Shown one piece after another: positions 51,091 through 62,670 of a stretch of 64,000 bases of DNA. The notes below the pieces were generated by a model. It did not search any database. It was not told where the DNA came from and was given only the letters and a program-made list of their open reading frames with translations. Every line of letters begins with the position of its first letter. The stretch's first letter is position 1. Location of the stretch: positions 8,804,001-8,868,000 of the forward strand of contig CM068750.1 in NCBI GenBank assembly GCA_035084275.1, in the 5' to 3' direction. The position numbers and the translations under genes are program-made. The DNA is from Hydrolagus colliei (lineage: Eukaryota).

Positions 51091-53552
51091 TTATTTTTAT
51101 TCTAATACAGGAATCCTTTTAGATGTGGCAGCTTTGAAATAGATTGCAATAGTTTCCATTTGCCAGTTACTTTCTGTTAGACTAAACTTCCCTCCGATAG
51201 CAATCCAACATAAATATACATTTCCACAGCTCAGACAGCAAGTAAGCCTGTGTTCAAATTTATGCCATTTGACACCAGGGGAGCTTTCATCTGGACTCGT
51301 GTGACTTGGATTGTTAATGAGTGCAACAAATGTGTCCTCAATTTGAGTTTTTGCTGGGTTTAGCTGGACTTTCCATAATCTATCCAACAAGCAAATAAAG
51401 CATTTGTAATTGTTCACATTACTGTAATTCCCAAAAAGATTCTAGTTGAATTTCTCTCATTTCCTGGTATTTTATTATTCGTCAGAGATGGTCCTATTTG
51501 TTTAAATATCTGATAACTGCCTCTTATACACGCAGAACAAGAGAAACAGGATGACAGTTGAATGGACTAAGATGCGTTTGTTAATACAATGACAATATTA
51601 TTGGTTCAAGCAATGCCTGCCACTAAAGCACAATATACAAAAGCACAGCAGAGTATGCTATAATAACAATTTTATTTTATTATACTTTATTATAAAATAA
51701 TTATATTTTATTATTGTTATAATGGAAAATGCACAAAAGCACAGCAAGATTAGGCGGTAATAGCATGTTCTTATGTTGAACAGAGGATCAAATTGAAGAC
51801 CAAGTATAGAAGTGGGGACATGGAGAGACATATTTAGTTTATTCATTGATATCAAGAAATAAAGCAAACCATTCCAGTTAAAATATTACAAATATCTTAG
51901 AGTTTACTGGTATAAATAAAGGGACTCTAAGCAATAAATGTACACCTAAAAACCTTCTGGCATTTTGCTCTGCTTTTTTCACTGACTCTTTAGAAATGAG
52001 ACTGAACACAATGGGGCCTGACTGGTAAGAAAATGAACTAATCAGTGGTGGCAGCCAAGCCCTTGTCTCAGCCACCTCTTATTCCAAAATAATTCATAAG
52101 CTTTCCATTAAATCATAATTTGTAAAAAAAAACATATTTGTCCCCGTGCTCCATGTTTTGCTTCATTGGGCAGTTAAAACCGCCCACTTTCCACCTTCTG
52201 CCAAGAGTCCACAGAACAATTTTAAGTTTCCTCAAACCGCACCTTCAGTTCCAATCACATGCTGAGGGGGAAAGATAATGGGATTCAGCACGGCTGGAAC
52301 TTTACTTGCCTACCGAGATTCTCTGGGATAATATTGGAAGAATATTATTCTCTGTGTTTGCAGCCTGCGGGTGTATGTACTGTTTTTTTCTCTCCTGCAC
52401 AATTCCTCTATGTGGAAAAATTGAATTTCATGTCCATGTCCTCAGATCCCTCTGTTTTTTTGGCCAGTAATAGTTCAGCACTGTTATCTGGTCCCAGAAG
52501 TACACCGATGGATCTGTCTCATTAGGAATGTGAGTTGCACAGTAAATGGGTCTGAGTAACTGTGGATGTGAGTTGAGAGACCAAAGCCAGTCAGGCACAC
52601 AACAAAAGACTAGCACTATGGGTGAGGGGGAAGCAGTCAGTGATATCAAAATGGCTTTGCATAATGTTGGCTAATCAATTATTAACATAGGAATAAGCCT
52701 GTGCAAGCCTCTACATAGGAAAAAAAACAGAGGTGGTCAGAAAATAGTCTAGAATATGTAGTGAATGACAGGGCATAACATTGGAACTTTGTAAGCTTTT
52801 AAAGTGTGCATCTGGGGTCAAAATTGTTATGTTAAGTGGGATGGAATTGTTCCATGTACCATGCAGAGTCCACATTTTCGTGCAAGTCTAGTAATGAGCA
52901 ACTGCAGATGAATGATGATGGAATCACTCTGGTCTGCATTCCTCATCGAGATAAGCTGCAGGTAAATTCTTGAGCTCTTGTTTTTCAAGCCTGCAGCTGT
53001 TGGTGGGATCACAGCCCTGTCAAGTTTCATCAATTTTCAATGAGGAGTCATTGATTTTTGTGGGAGAATGGGAGAGTGGATTGTAAATGCAACTTAACAG
53101 TCTCGATGTTAAAATCTTAAAGACCTCTGCTTACTTCACTCAGCTTGTGATCGCTCTTCTTTTCATTAAATCTTACTGTCAGCAGTGGCCTGACCTTGGC
53201 AATTATGAGATCACCTCTCACTGTGAGCTGTGGGATCACAAGTTCAAATTAGCTCTCGTAGCTCCAGTCTGGAATGGTCAGCATCTCCCCTCATGCAATC
53301 TCCAAAACATATCTCCGGGTTACTATGTTTTACATTCAGGAGATGTTTGTTCATTGTGTTAACTGCCTGAGCAACACTGCAAAACGTGCAATGAAATGTT
53401 AACTAAATAGCGTGCGAAACAGGTACAGGGAAGGTACATTTATAAGACAAGCTTATCTCGTGTTTGGAGATCTCGTTTAAGCAAACAGCAGTTGGAAATC
53501 TGATGATTTCTCCCAATTGTTTGGCAAATGATGAACAAATGAAAACAAATGA

Positions 53553-53658
53553 ATAAATAATAAATAATCCTTGCATTTGTTTTCCATATCTAGAGGCTGT
53601 CTCGATACGCTTCACAGGATTTACCCTAATGTGTAGTGACTGTGCATTTTGTAGGTGA
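53553..53658 (-). mobile_element. Deu-SINE/L2-type tail fragment
   Basis: aataatccttgcatttg ... gcttcacagg ... gactgtgcattttgtagg. Confidence 0.6.
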
Positions 53659-56396
53659 GGGTGGACCTATTAACCTGTTCTGGCAGTAATACAGATATTA
53701 TGACTGATAATAATTTAAGAACTGTCTTTGGTTTCTAGTTAAATTCTACCAGTGCCCTGTGACTGGCACGTGGAGTGGGATGTAACATGTATCCTGTTAG
53801 TCCTTGTGATTCAATTGCCACATGTTGGGTCAGTCATTAAATTAATAACTAGATGTAAATTATTGTGAATTCCTGTCTGGATTGGAGTTTCTCACTGTGA
53901 TCTCTTTTACGATGGCCTCTTATAAGCACAAAGAATACCATAGGAGATATTGTATCTTGTCATTCTGAATATTATATCCACTGATATTTTTTATTTCCAA
54001 AACATTCAGACCTGTAATAAAAGTATTGTAGACAATCTCATCTACCTTCTCAGATAGTGAAGAGTGTTTCCTGGTGCGCTAGTCATGGAATTCATGGCTA
54101 TGCAGGATATTGACTGGTGACTTTGCCTACAAATACACAATCACTACACTAACAGAATCCCTATGAAATGCTTCAGGGCAGTGACTGTAGCTACATGTGG
54201 ATGGTCTTCTCTTTCATTCTGTCGTCCATGTTATCAATATATTTTCCTCTGACATTGTTGATAACACCACTGGCAGCCTGGGTTTGAGACTATGGCATTG
54301 TGCTGTATCACCCTTCGCTGTGCAGTCCAAACACAGAACTGATACTGCAGTCAGTATCGCTTCCTTTAAAACTTCCAAGAATTTAAAAAGGAACAATAGA
54401 GTGTGCAAACTTCTGTACCAAATGGCACTGAAGGGTGAGGTGTTCATAGAAGAAACATTTTAGTGGTCGCTGGGGACCTGTCCCACTTTACAACGACACA
54501 AGTATCTATTGTTTCATGGAGATCAGCATATGAGATCAGTCTGTAGGTAGGACACAGAGTAGCATAGTGTGGAGACTCTACACCAAATTTTTATGCTCCC
54601 AAGGGATGTAATGACTCTTTCATAGACATTAGTTCTCTGTATTAGAACTGATCTTCAATTGCTCCACAGAAGGTACAACTGGAATAGTAATCTGCTCAAG
54701 GACTGAACATCCTTTATTGCTCGGAACATTTCTAAAGTTAGCTTCCCATAAATCATTCAAATGTTCTTCAAAATGTGAATTCCAAAGACAATAATGTAAA
54801 ACGGTGCTGTTGGGTTAATGCTAGTGGTGCCTACTGCATTTGTCTGGAAAAAAAACTCTAACAGGTGTGTAAAGAGGAGTGAACAAGGACATAATCAGTG
54901 ATACAATATTAGATCAATAATCCTGCCTCTATGGAAATTCTTGTATATTTACCTCTAATGCTTAGTTGTGCCTGGTCTGACCACTTTATCTTCCCTCACA
55001 TATGCATTCACTCACAAAGTAAAGTCGCTACACCTAATAGTAAGACAGTTGAGATGTCTTCTGATGTGAAAGGCGCCTTATCAAACATAAGTATTATTAA
55101 ATTCATCAAGCTGTAGAAAATTACAATCAATTTAACTTCAAGTTTTCCTCATGCAGGAAGTTCACCCCTGTGTGTCTACCACTTTGACCCTCTTATCTGC
55201 TCTGCACTTTAGTTCCTAGTTCACACTTACCGCCATAGCATCCATGCCATCCCTAATAATCCTGAGTGTTGGTAGCAAAGTACTTTCAAGACAGTTTAAC
55301 TCGGAAACACGGGTTAAAAGAACAATTGTGCTCCAGTGTGAAGTGAGCATATTTTAAAGTTTGGAAGCTCCAAGTTAGCAATGATTAAAACCAAAAGCCA
55401 ACCATAGTGATAGTCTTTCTGCAATTAATTAGTAGATTTTCCACAGCTGGGTGAGTAATATTACTGTTCACGTAAGAAAGGGATTTCCTGTCAAGTGAAA
55501 AAAAAAAATTCTGCAGTTGCTGAATCAAGGCAGCTTTCAGAGCTCGAAGCCATAACCTACTGTTTTCCAAGAAAAGTAAACCTGATTCCGGTTGTGTTCG
55601 GCCGAACTTAATATTTTTATATAACCCATCCATCCGTACACGATGTAGGGATGAATTTTTTGTGTATCTTGTTTTTGTTCATAAAATCAACACTCGCTTT
55701 GAATCTGCGTGATGGTCAGTTAATGTGTTTTTCATTATGCTAACAGGTTACAACATTATAATGAGTTCACTCTGCCGACCAATCAAACAAACAGCTCCAT
55801 GGGGTTTGATCTAAGGCTGAAAAAAAATGCAATTCATTACAATTTAATATTGAATGCAGAGCCTTAAGAAGGAATGAATCCTTTTTTTTTAACAACTCTG
55901 CAATTGATGTTCTTTCTCAGTTTAGCTGTCTCCCCCCTCACACTTCCTGAATCAGATATCTTATTTTTCCTTTCTTGCCTGTGTCTTCGCCCTCATTCTC
56001 AAAAAAGTATTTGTTTTCCAAAGTCTGTTTCGGATTCGGAGGCAGCAACACACATTATTATACAGTTTCTGGAATGTATATAAATACCTCAAGGACAAGT
56101 ATGTGTACCAAGAAAATCACTTCAGCCCCACTCCCATGACCATAATTCACAGGCCTGAGAGTACACATAGCGTGACTGTAGAATGAGTGGTAAACCACAG
56201 CTCACAGATGTGTGTACCGTTCACATCAAACACCGTTTTTTTCTTTGGTTTTGTTTTTATTTTAATTTATGATGCTGGAAGAGGTTTGCTGTGAGTCACA
56301 CATCTCATACTGAAAGAGCTGGAAAGTCATATTCAATTGATTCTCTGCACATATAATTCAGGAGGATGTTAAAGCTCCCATTGCATTATTTGAAAA

Positions 56397-56619
56397 GAGA
56401 GGGAAGTTTCTCCCAGTGGTCTGATCAAAAAACAATCTCCCAAATTAAACTGATCATTCAATTCATGGCTGTCTGTGGGACATTGCTTTGCGCAATTTAG
56501 ATGCTGCATTTGTCTACAAAATATATAATGATTCAATTTTAGCCTATATCCTATGAAGCACATTGAAACATCCTCCCAAAGTGAAATGTGCTATAACAAA
56601 TACTGTATAAGGATTATAA
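56397..56619 (+). mobile_element. Old Deu-type SINE 3' half
   Basis: gggaagtttctcccagtg, gtgggacattgctttgcgcaattt, and tail aaggattata. Confidence 0.75.
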
Positions 56620-56955
56620 GTGGAGTTCTATAGCTCAGTGGTAGAGCACTTGCCTTATAAGCGAGAGACTTGGGTTCGATTCCAGGCTGGGCGAAACCTT
56701 GGTCAAGTTTCCTTACTCCATATGCCTGATAATAATCTCTCAAGAAAAAAATAATAACTTGGTAATTACAATCCATGACTGTTTGTGGGACATTGCTGTG
56801 TACAATTGAATGCCACATTTCACCTACAAATACACAGTCAATTTACAGTACTTTACAGTATATTCTGTGACACTCTTTGAGACATCTAGAAGACGTGAAA
56901 AGTGCTATATCAAATGCATATTTGATAGTCATAATAACATTAGTATTATTATTAT
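56620..56955 (+). mobile_element. Full-length tRNA-headed Deu-SINE inserted at the tail of an older SINE
   Basis: A box tagctcagtgg, B box ggttcgattcc, Deu core, L2-type tail; possible TSD attataa (56613-56619 and 56951-56957). Confidence 0.93.
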
Positions 56956-57529
56956 AACAACAAGAAACACAACACACACAGCTTCTCTCAGTGATTGGTT
57001 GGCTTCATATGAAAAAAAATCTGACTGCCATTTCATTAAGAAAGCGATATTAGCAGACTTCCAAAGGTGATCTGGCAGCCTGGACATCATTTTTCACTAT
57101 TTGCTTATAAAGCAGCCTCTGAGACATTGCACCCAGATGATCCAGTTATAACAAGTAGTAAACCATCTATATTTCGCTGTGCTTCAGTACTGTTTACAAT
57201 AGTCTGAAGCAACTCAACAAGTAAGAAAGCCTTGATTAAGGTAGGAAATCTTATTAAGCATCATTCTGATCAAGCCCATTTGCTTTTGTTAGTACAGCTA
57301 TATACTATATTACAATACGATATTGTAGCTGGACACCAAAGGATGTTAATATTTTCTTGAAATATCTGCCTATAGATCTAATTGTGCGAACTATCCCCTG
57401 ACATCAGTCAGCAAGTTGGGAATTCTGACTCGTATGTTTAATTGTGTGAAGAAAGCAACAACAACAAAATTATATATATAGAGCAGTGGCATGAAGGATA
57501 AAGTAATTACAAAGTAATTAACAAATTTT

Positions 57530-58398
57530 ACAATTGAACGTGAGCAAGACCGAGGCCCTCCTGATTGGCTCAAGCCAGCGCCTCCGTACATCGGGCGCTG
57601 CCAGCCTTAACATCCAAGGCTGTACTCTCCACCTCACAAAGTCAGTCAGGAACCTCGGCATCACGTTCGACCATAAACTCTCCTTCCTCCCCCACATCCG
57701 TGCCTTGACCGGCACCGCTTATTTCCACCAATGCAACATTGCCAGGCTCCGCAACTATCTCACCCCCCACGCTGCCGAAACACTTGTGCACGCGTACATC
57801 ACCTCATGGCTGGACTACGGAAACTCTCTCCTCATTGGCCTCCCCAGCTCCTCCATTCACAGGCTGCAGGTCATCCCAAACTCTGCAGCCCGTGTACTAT
57901 CCCGCACCTGCCTCCGCAACCACATAACCCCCACCCTCGCCCGTCTCCACTGGCTCCCCATCCTCCAGAGGATCGAGTTCAAGATCCTCGTCCTCACCTT
58001 CAAGGCCTTACACGGCCTTGCCCCGCCATATTTAACCGATTTACTCTCCCCCTATAAGCCCACCCGGACCCTCCGTTCAGCAGGACTTGGCCTGCTCCAA
58101 GCCCCCCGCCCGAACCGCCCCACCATCGGAGGCCGGGTCTTCAGTTTCTCCGCTCCCACCCCATGGAATTCCATCCCCCAATCCCTCCGCCTTGTTTCCT
58201 CCCTTTCCTCTTTCAAGGCCGGTTTTTCCTCTTCGACCGTGCCTTTTGTTCCCCCCCGAACTTTTAGACCTCCCCTACGTGTTTCACCCCTTCCCGGACA
58301 CTCCCCTCCCAGCTTGGGTCACACACCTCCTGTGCAGTGCCTTGGGACATCCTCCCGACGTGAAAGGCGCTTTATAAGTTTAAATTGTTGTTGTTGTT
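57530..58398 (+). mobile_element. 5'-truncated, relatively young L2 LINE (ORF2 C-terminus, 3' UTR, (TTG)n tail)
   Basis: ORF 57534-58418: LNVSKTE, VRNLGITFD..LSF..HI, LVHAYITSWLDYGNSLL.GLP, HITP.L..LHWLP...RIEFKIL.LTFKALHGLAP.YL are classic L2 motifs. CpGs largely retained; the RT catalytic core is absent. Confidence 0.96.
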
Positions 58399-59115
58399 AT
58401 GTAATACCAAGATTATGAGCTTCAGCTTTTTCAAACATATTATAATGTTTTCAAGTTCATACACGTTATAATGTATATTGTTTTATTCAGCATTAAAAAT
58501 CTGCTGGGGAAAACAAAATTATACTGGAGTAGGTCTGTGATTGAAAGAGCAAAGTGCTGAAAGCATAAGCCTTTTGTGATATTTGATATCCACAGTGGAG
58601 TAGCACAAGTTAATAATAATTGCAATAAAAATGTAGTTGAGGTTTGTTGAAGGTTGACATATGAATGGGTTTAAGTTTTTTTTGAGAAGTTGTAAGAACT
58701 GGCTCTGAGCTGCCAGTACATTCAGTTCTTCTGAAAGAATCCTCATGCATAATTCCAAAATGAATCCTGGAATATAATTTGAGAACTCCAGACATTTGGA
58801 GAAACCTGTCCTTCACACTTTACTTTTGGTGGCTTGATTTTTGCAAAAAAAATAGAAAGGTTTGTTATTTGATACAACCAAAATGTTTCCGATTCAAGTT
58901 TTGGAAGTGCGCATTGATGAGAGTATTGGTAAGCCAACAAATGGCTGGCGCAGGATGCAAGACCACCTTGAGTGCCAGCTTCATCTAAAGGAATTGGCTC
59001 TCAAACGGCGAAGCAAAATTTGTCTTTGAAAAGGGAATTTTTATTATCGTCCACAGACAGTAGTTAGAAAATGTGAAACATCAGCTGATCGGCTTCAATA
59101 ATAGTAAATGAGACG

Positions 59116-59172
59116 ACAACAACTTGTGTTTATATAGCGCACTTCACACGGGGCAGCGTCTCAGTGCATTCC
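59116..59172 (-). mobile_element. L2-type 3' tail stub
   Basis: acaacaacttgtgtttatatagcgcacttcacacgg is the reverse complement of the L2 terminus. Confidence 0.6.
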
Positions 59173-61522
59173 TTATAAACACCCACACCTTGACTGATAT
59201 GGCACTTGGGTTTCATCTGACGGTCAACATTCTCATCACCGGGGTTGATAGGGTAAATTATTGGTAAATTGTTTGACCATGTGTGTTCACATGGGGGGGG
59301 TGGATGGGGAGAGGGGGGCACTTCCTGTTAAAGTTTCCAGTTGCTGGATATTGCTGGCATGGAGATGACCTCTGTAGGCAGAACTATCTCACCCTCAGAA
59401 TTGTGGGGGAGTGAGTAAATTTGGAGGTAAGATCTCGAGTAAGACTTTAAAATTATGACCTCCTAACTCGGTTCCAAACAAAGCTATCATTTTTCATTTT
59501 TTTAATTGAAAACAATTGTTCTGATATTTAATGGTTACATAACGTCAACATTCTGCTGTACAGAACCTATTATAATCACTGTTAAACATTTATGGGAGTC
59601 TGCGAATAATAATAATAGCCCTAACCTTGATGGTGATTTCCATTATATTGAATGTTTATGTAAGATTTATAACCTTTTCACATCATAACACCTGAGAACA
59701 GTTTAACAGTGAGTACAGAGAGTATCCAGCATTTGTGTGTTTTTTTTGCATTTTGTAATGAGTTAGACAACTATTTTAGCTCTCTCCAGTTAATACAGTT
59801 AGACATTAAGGAAAGGTTTATTAACTTGCTTGGCACTGATGGGTGGCTGTGCTAAGTTTGCATATTCATAGTACTATACAAACCAAAAGCTGTCCAGGCA
59901 GATGATGGTGGAATGGAGCATCTGTGAAACTTGGACATAAGTATAAAACAAATGGTTTTGTTGAAAATTTACTGAAACATGATATTGTCATTTCTTCCAC
60001 TATTAATTCAATGAACTTTCTCATTAATAATTAATTATTGCATTTTATATGGTGCCGCTCACATTGGATTACATCTCGGAGCACGTAAGCTATTCAGTCG
60101 CCCTTCATCCACTGGACTCTTATTTGTCCTTGTTTTTTCATGCACCGAGCGTGAGATAATGACCATCCAGAAAAAAATAAGGCTTTACAAGTGACTTGTT
60201 TTCCCCTCTTAAATAAGACCCCATACTAACCTGAGTGCAGTGATGTGAAGATAGGAACATGAACGTGGTTGGTCTTCAGGCTTAACCATGCAGAACACTT
60301 TCTGATGATGGTATAAGTTTGAGATCACCCACACCCTGACATGATTTATTTGCTCTTGGCAAGCATGTGAGAGCAACATGTGTGCATGGTCTCACTTTGG
60401 AAGCGCAACGTGCTGATACCTAGTAGAGGGGTTTATCTCCTGGGACTTGACTGCACCTGTGCCAGGAACAAGCCATCATTCTTTGTCTCTGATCAATAAC
60501 ATTTACTTATGCTACACATACATGGTATTATGGGAAATATCTTCTCTTGCGCTTTTCTCTATCTCCCTGTCTTGCTTTCGGTATTATGTTTCAATGCAGA
60601 ACAAAAGAAGTAATTCATGAGGAGAATGATGGTGGTGTGTTTATTTTGGCAGGTTGTTTCTTGTAACGTTACTGTTAGAATTCAAAAGCACAGTTGCACG
60701 TCCTTCTGACCGTATATTTTTCTATTATTTCTCTTTAAACGTCTCCCTTCCTCCTCTCCTCAGATGGGTGACCTTGGTTAAAAAGTAGCATTGCTCCCCC
60801 TTTTTAAGGGGATAAGGTCAGCTACAAAACCAATAAAGTGTTTCAACCGCCAGAGTCACCATCACAACACCTTGTATTTCGCACAATTTACAACACTTTC
60901 CCCCCACCCTTGTTCCTGCAACAAGTAGAATTTTCAGTGTTAACATGCTACCAGTGAAAACAGTCTGGATTTTTTTTGGGTGTGAGGTTTTCAGGGAATG
61001 TGTGTGTCACAGGCTAACTTTGGTTCCAAGCATTTTTAGCCACTATGGCTCTGTGATATTTCTTTGTATCTCCAATATTAATTATGGAAAATGTAACAGC
61101 AAGAAGATGAGCAGTTATAGAACTGATACAACCACAGATTACACTCGTGTAGCACCCTTTAAGTTGGAAAGACATCCCAGGGAACTGAGATTCCGTTATA
61201 ATACACAGTTTAAATCACAATTGGGTTGGAGTAGTTTCAATTAGTTTGTTGGGATTAGCTCATAGCCAGGGTTTCCCATTAGCACAGCACAAACATCTGT
61301 TCATACATCTGCTGTTCCGTAATTTGAATGTTGCTGCCAATGAACAGGCAGCTCTTCAATCTTCAGTTTTCTGTGCAGTCTATTTGCAACAAGGAGTGGC
61401 TGAAAAATGTCCTGAAAGACTTCACGTGGAAGATGTGAAGGGACTAACATTGGCTTCAAGGTTTGGAATCATGTCTTAAACTTTGTCATTGACACCCACC
61501 CTGACCCACAAAGAACAAAAAA

Positions 61523-61841
61523 TATAATAATTAATGCTTGCGTTTGATATAGCGCTTTTCACGTCTTCTAGACATCTCAAAGTGCTTCACAGAGTATATT
61601 GTAAAGTGAAAGTGAATTGACTGTATATTTGTGGACGAAACCACGGTAGCCAATTGCGCACAGCAGTGCCCCATAAACAGTTGTGGATTGATTGAAAATG
61701 ACCAAGTTATTATTTTTTTGAGAGATTATTATTAGGCATGTGGATTAGAAAACTTGCCCAAGGTTTCGCCCTGCCTGGAATTGAACCCAGGTCTTTCGGG
61801 TGCAAGGCGAGTGCTTTAACCACTGAGCTACAGGACTCCAC
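61523..61841 (-). mobile_element. Full-length tRNA-headed Deu-SINE (younger family)
   Basis: Colinear with 31281-31630; possible TSD aaatata (61520-61526 and 61844-61850). Confidence 0.94.
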
Positions 61842-61944
61842 ACAAATATATTTTATAAAACAAATTCCTAATCAGCTCCCCATTAAAAGACATTTTACAT
61901 GGCACCCCATTAAAAAATGTTGCTGCTGTTTCATAAGGCTCCCC

Positions 61945-62007
61945 ATTCAACACCTCCCGATGTCCTCCCAATGTGAAAGGCGCTTTACAAATGTAATGTT
62001 GTTGTTC
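61945..62007 (+). mobile_element. L2 3' tail stub
   Basis: gatgtcctcccaatgtgaaaggcgctttacaaatgtaatgttgttgtt. Confidence 0.75.
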
Positions 62008-62594
62008 ACTGTTGTTTCACAGGGCTTTGAGCAATATTGAACACTGTACAGAAAATAAACACTTTGTTATGTTCTTTTGAAAGTGTCACCCACAATGGCT
62101 ATCATTCCATAAACACTTCATCCATTTGAATATCCTCGACAATAAAGGAACAAAAATGGCCCAGAAAAAGCTTATTCCCAGTGACAAGCACCTTGACTGT
62201 TTTTTCAGTAAATAAAAAACTGTTAATGTTTCATATTATGACTAACCAGCATTAAAGATGATTAGAGCAAGGACCATGATTTATACTGTCTGCTACTACT
62301 AATTCTCTTCCTGACCTTCCCACCCAGAGCCAAGGGAAATTCCAAGTGTGTGCACCTAAATGGATGTGAAGAACTCCCTGTTGCCTAGGGCTATACTGGT
62401 TGATTTTTAATCTTATTGAACAAATCAGTCAGTTGAATGTTATTGAGCAGAGGCTAAATCGGTGTGCTGCGCTTGAATTTACATTGTTGCTACTGCATGT
62501 GAATCTGTGCCTTGTCCTTGTGTGTGTGTATGTGAGGTGGGGTGGGAAATTCCATTAGATAACGGTTGGTGTAAAAGTATGTAGATCTCCTTAC

Positions 62595-62670
62595 CTTTTG
62601 TGGAGACTGCCTCAGTATTCCTGTTACTTCATGTGGCAGATATAAAGGGACTGACATTGGTGTGCAGTAG
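62595..62670 (-). other. Candidate 76-nt internal exon of an unidentified minus-strand transcript
   Basis: Minus strand reads CTGAT...TTTATTTTCCCCCCTGCAG | exon | ending AAG/GTAAGG. One frame is open (YCTPMSVPLYLPHEVTGILRQSPQK); the peptide is not recognised. Confidence 0.35.

Noticed and set aside
56620-56692. tRNA gene-like sequence with A and B boxes (also at 28846, 31630, 42360, 61841)
   Set aside because: Continues directly into SINE body and tail in every copy, and the acceptor stem does not pair. These are SINE heads.
57534-58418. 294-aa ORF as a host gene
   Set aside because: It is a truncated L2 ORF2 C-terminus with a non-ATG start, reading through into the 3' UTR and tail.
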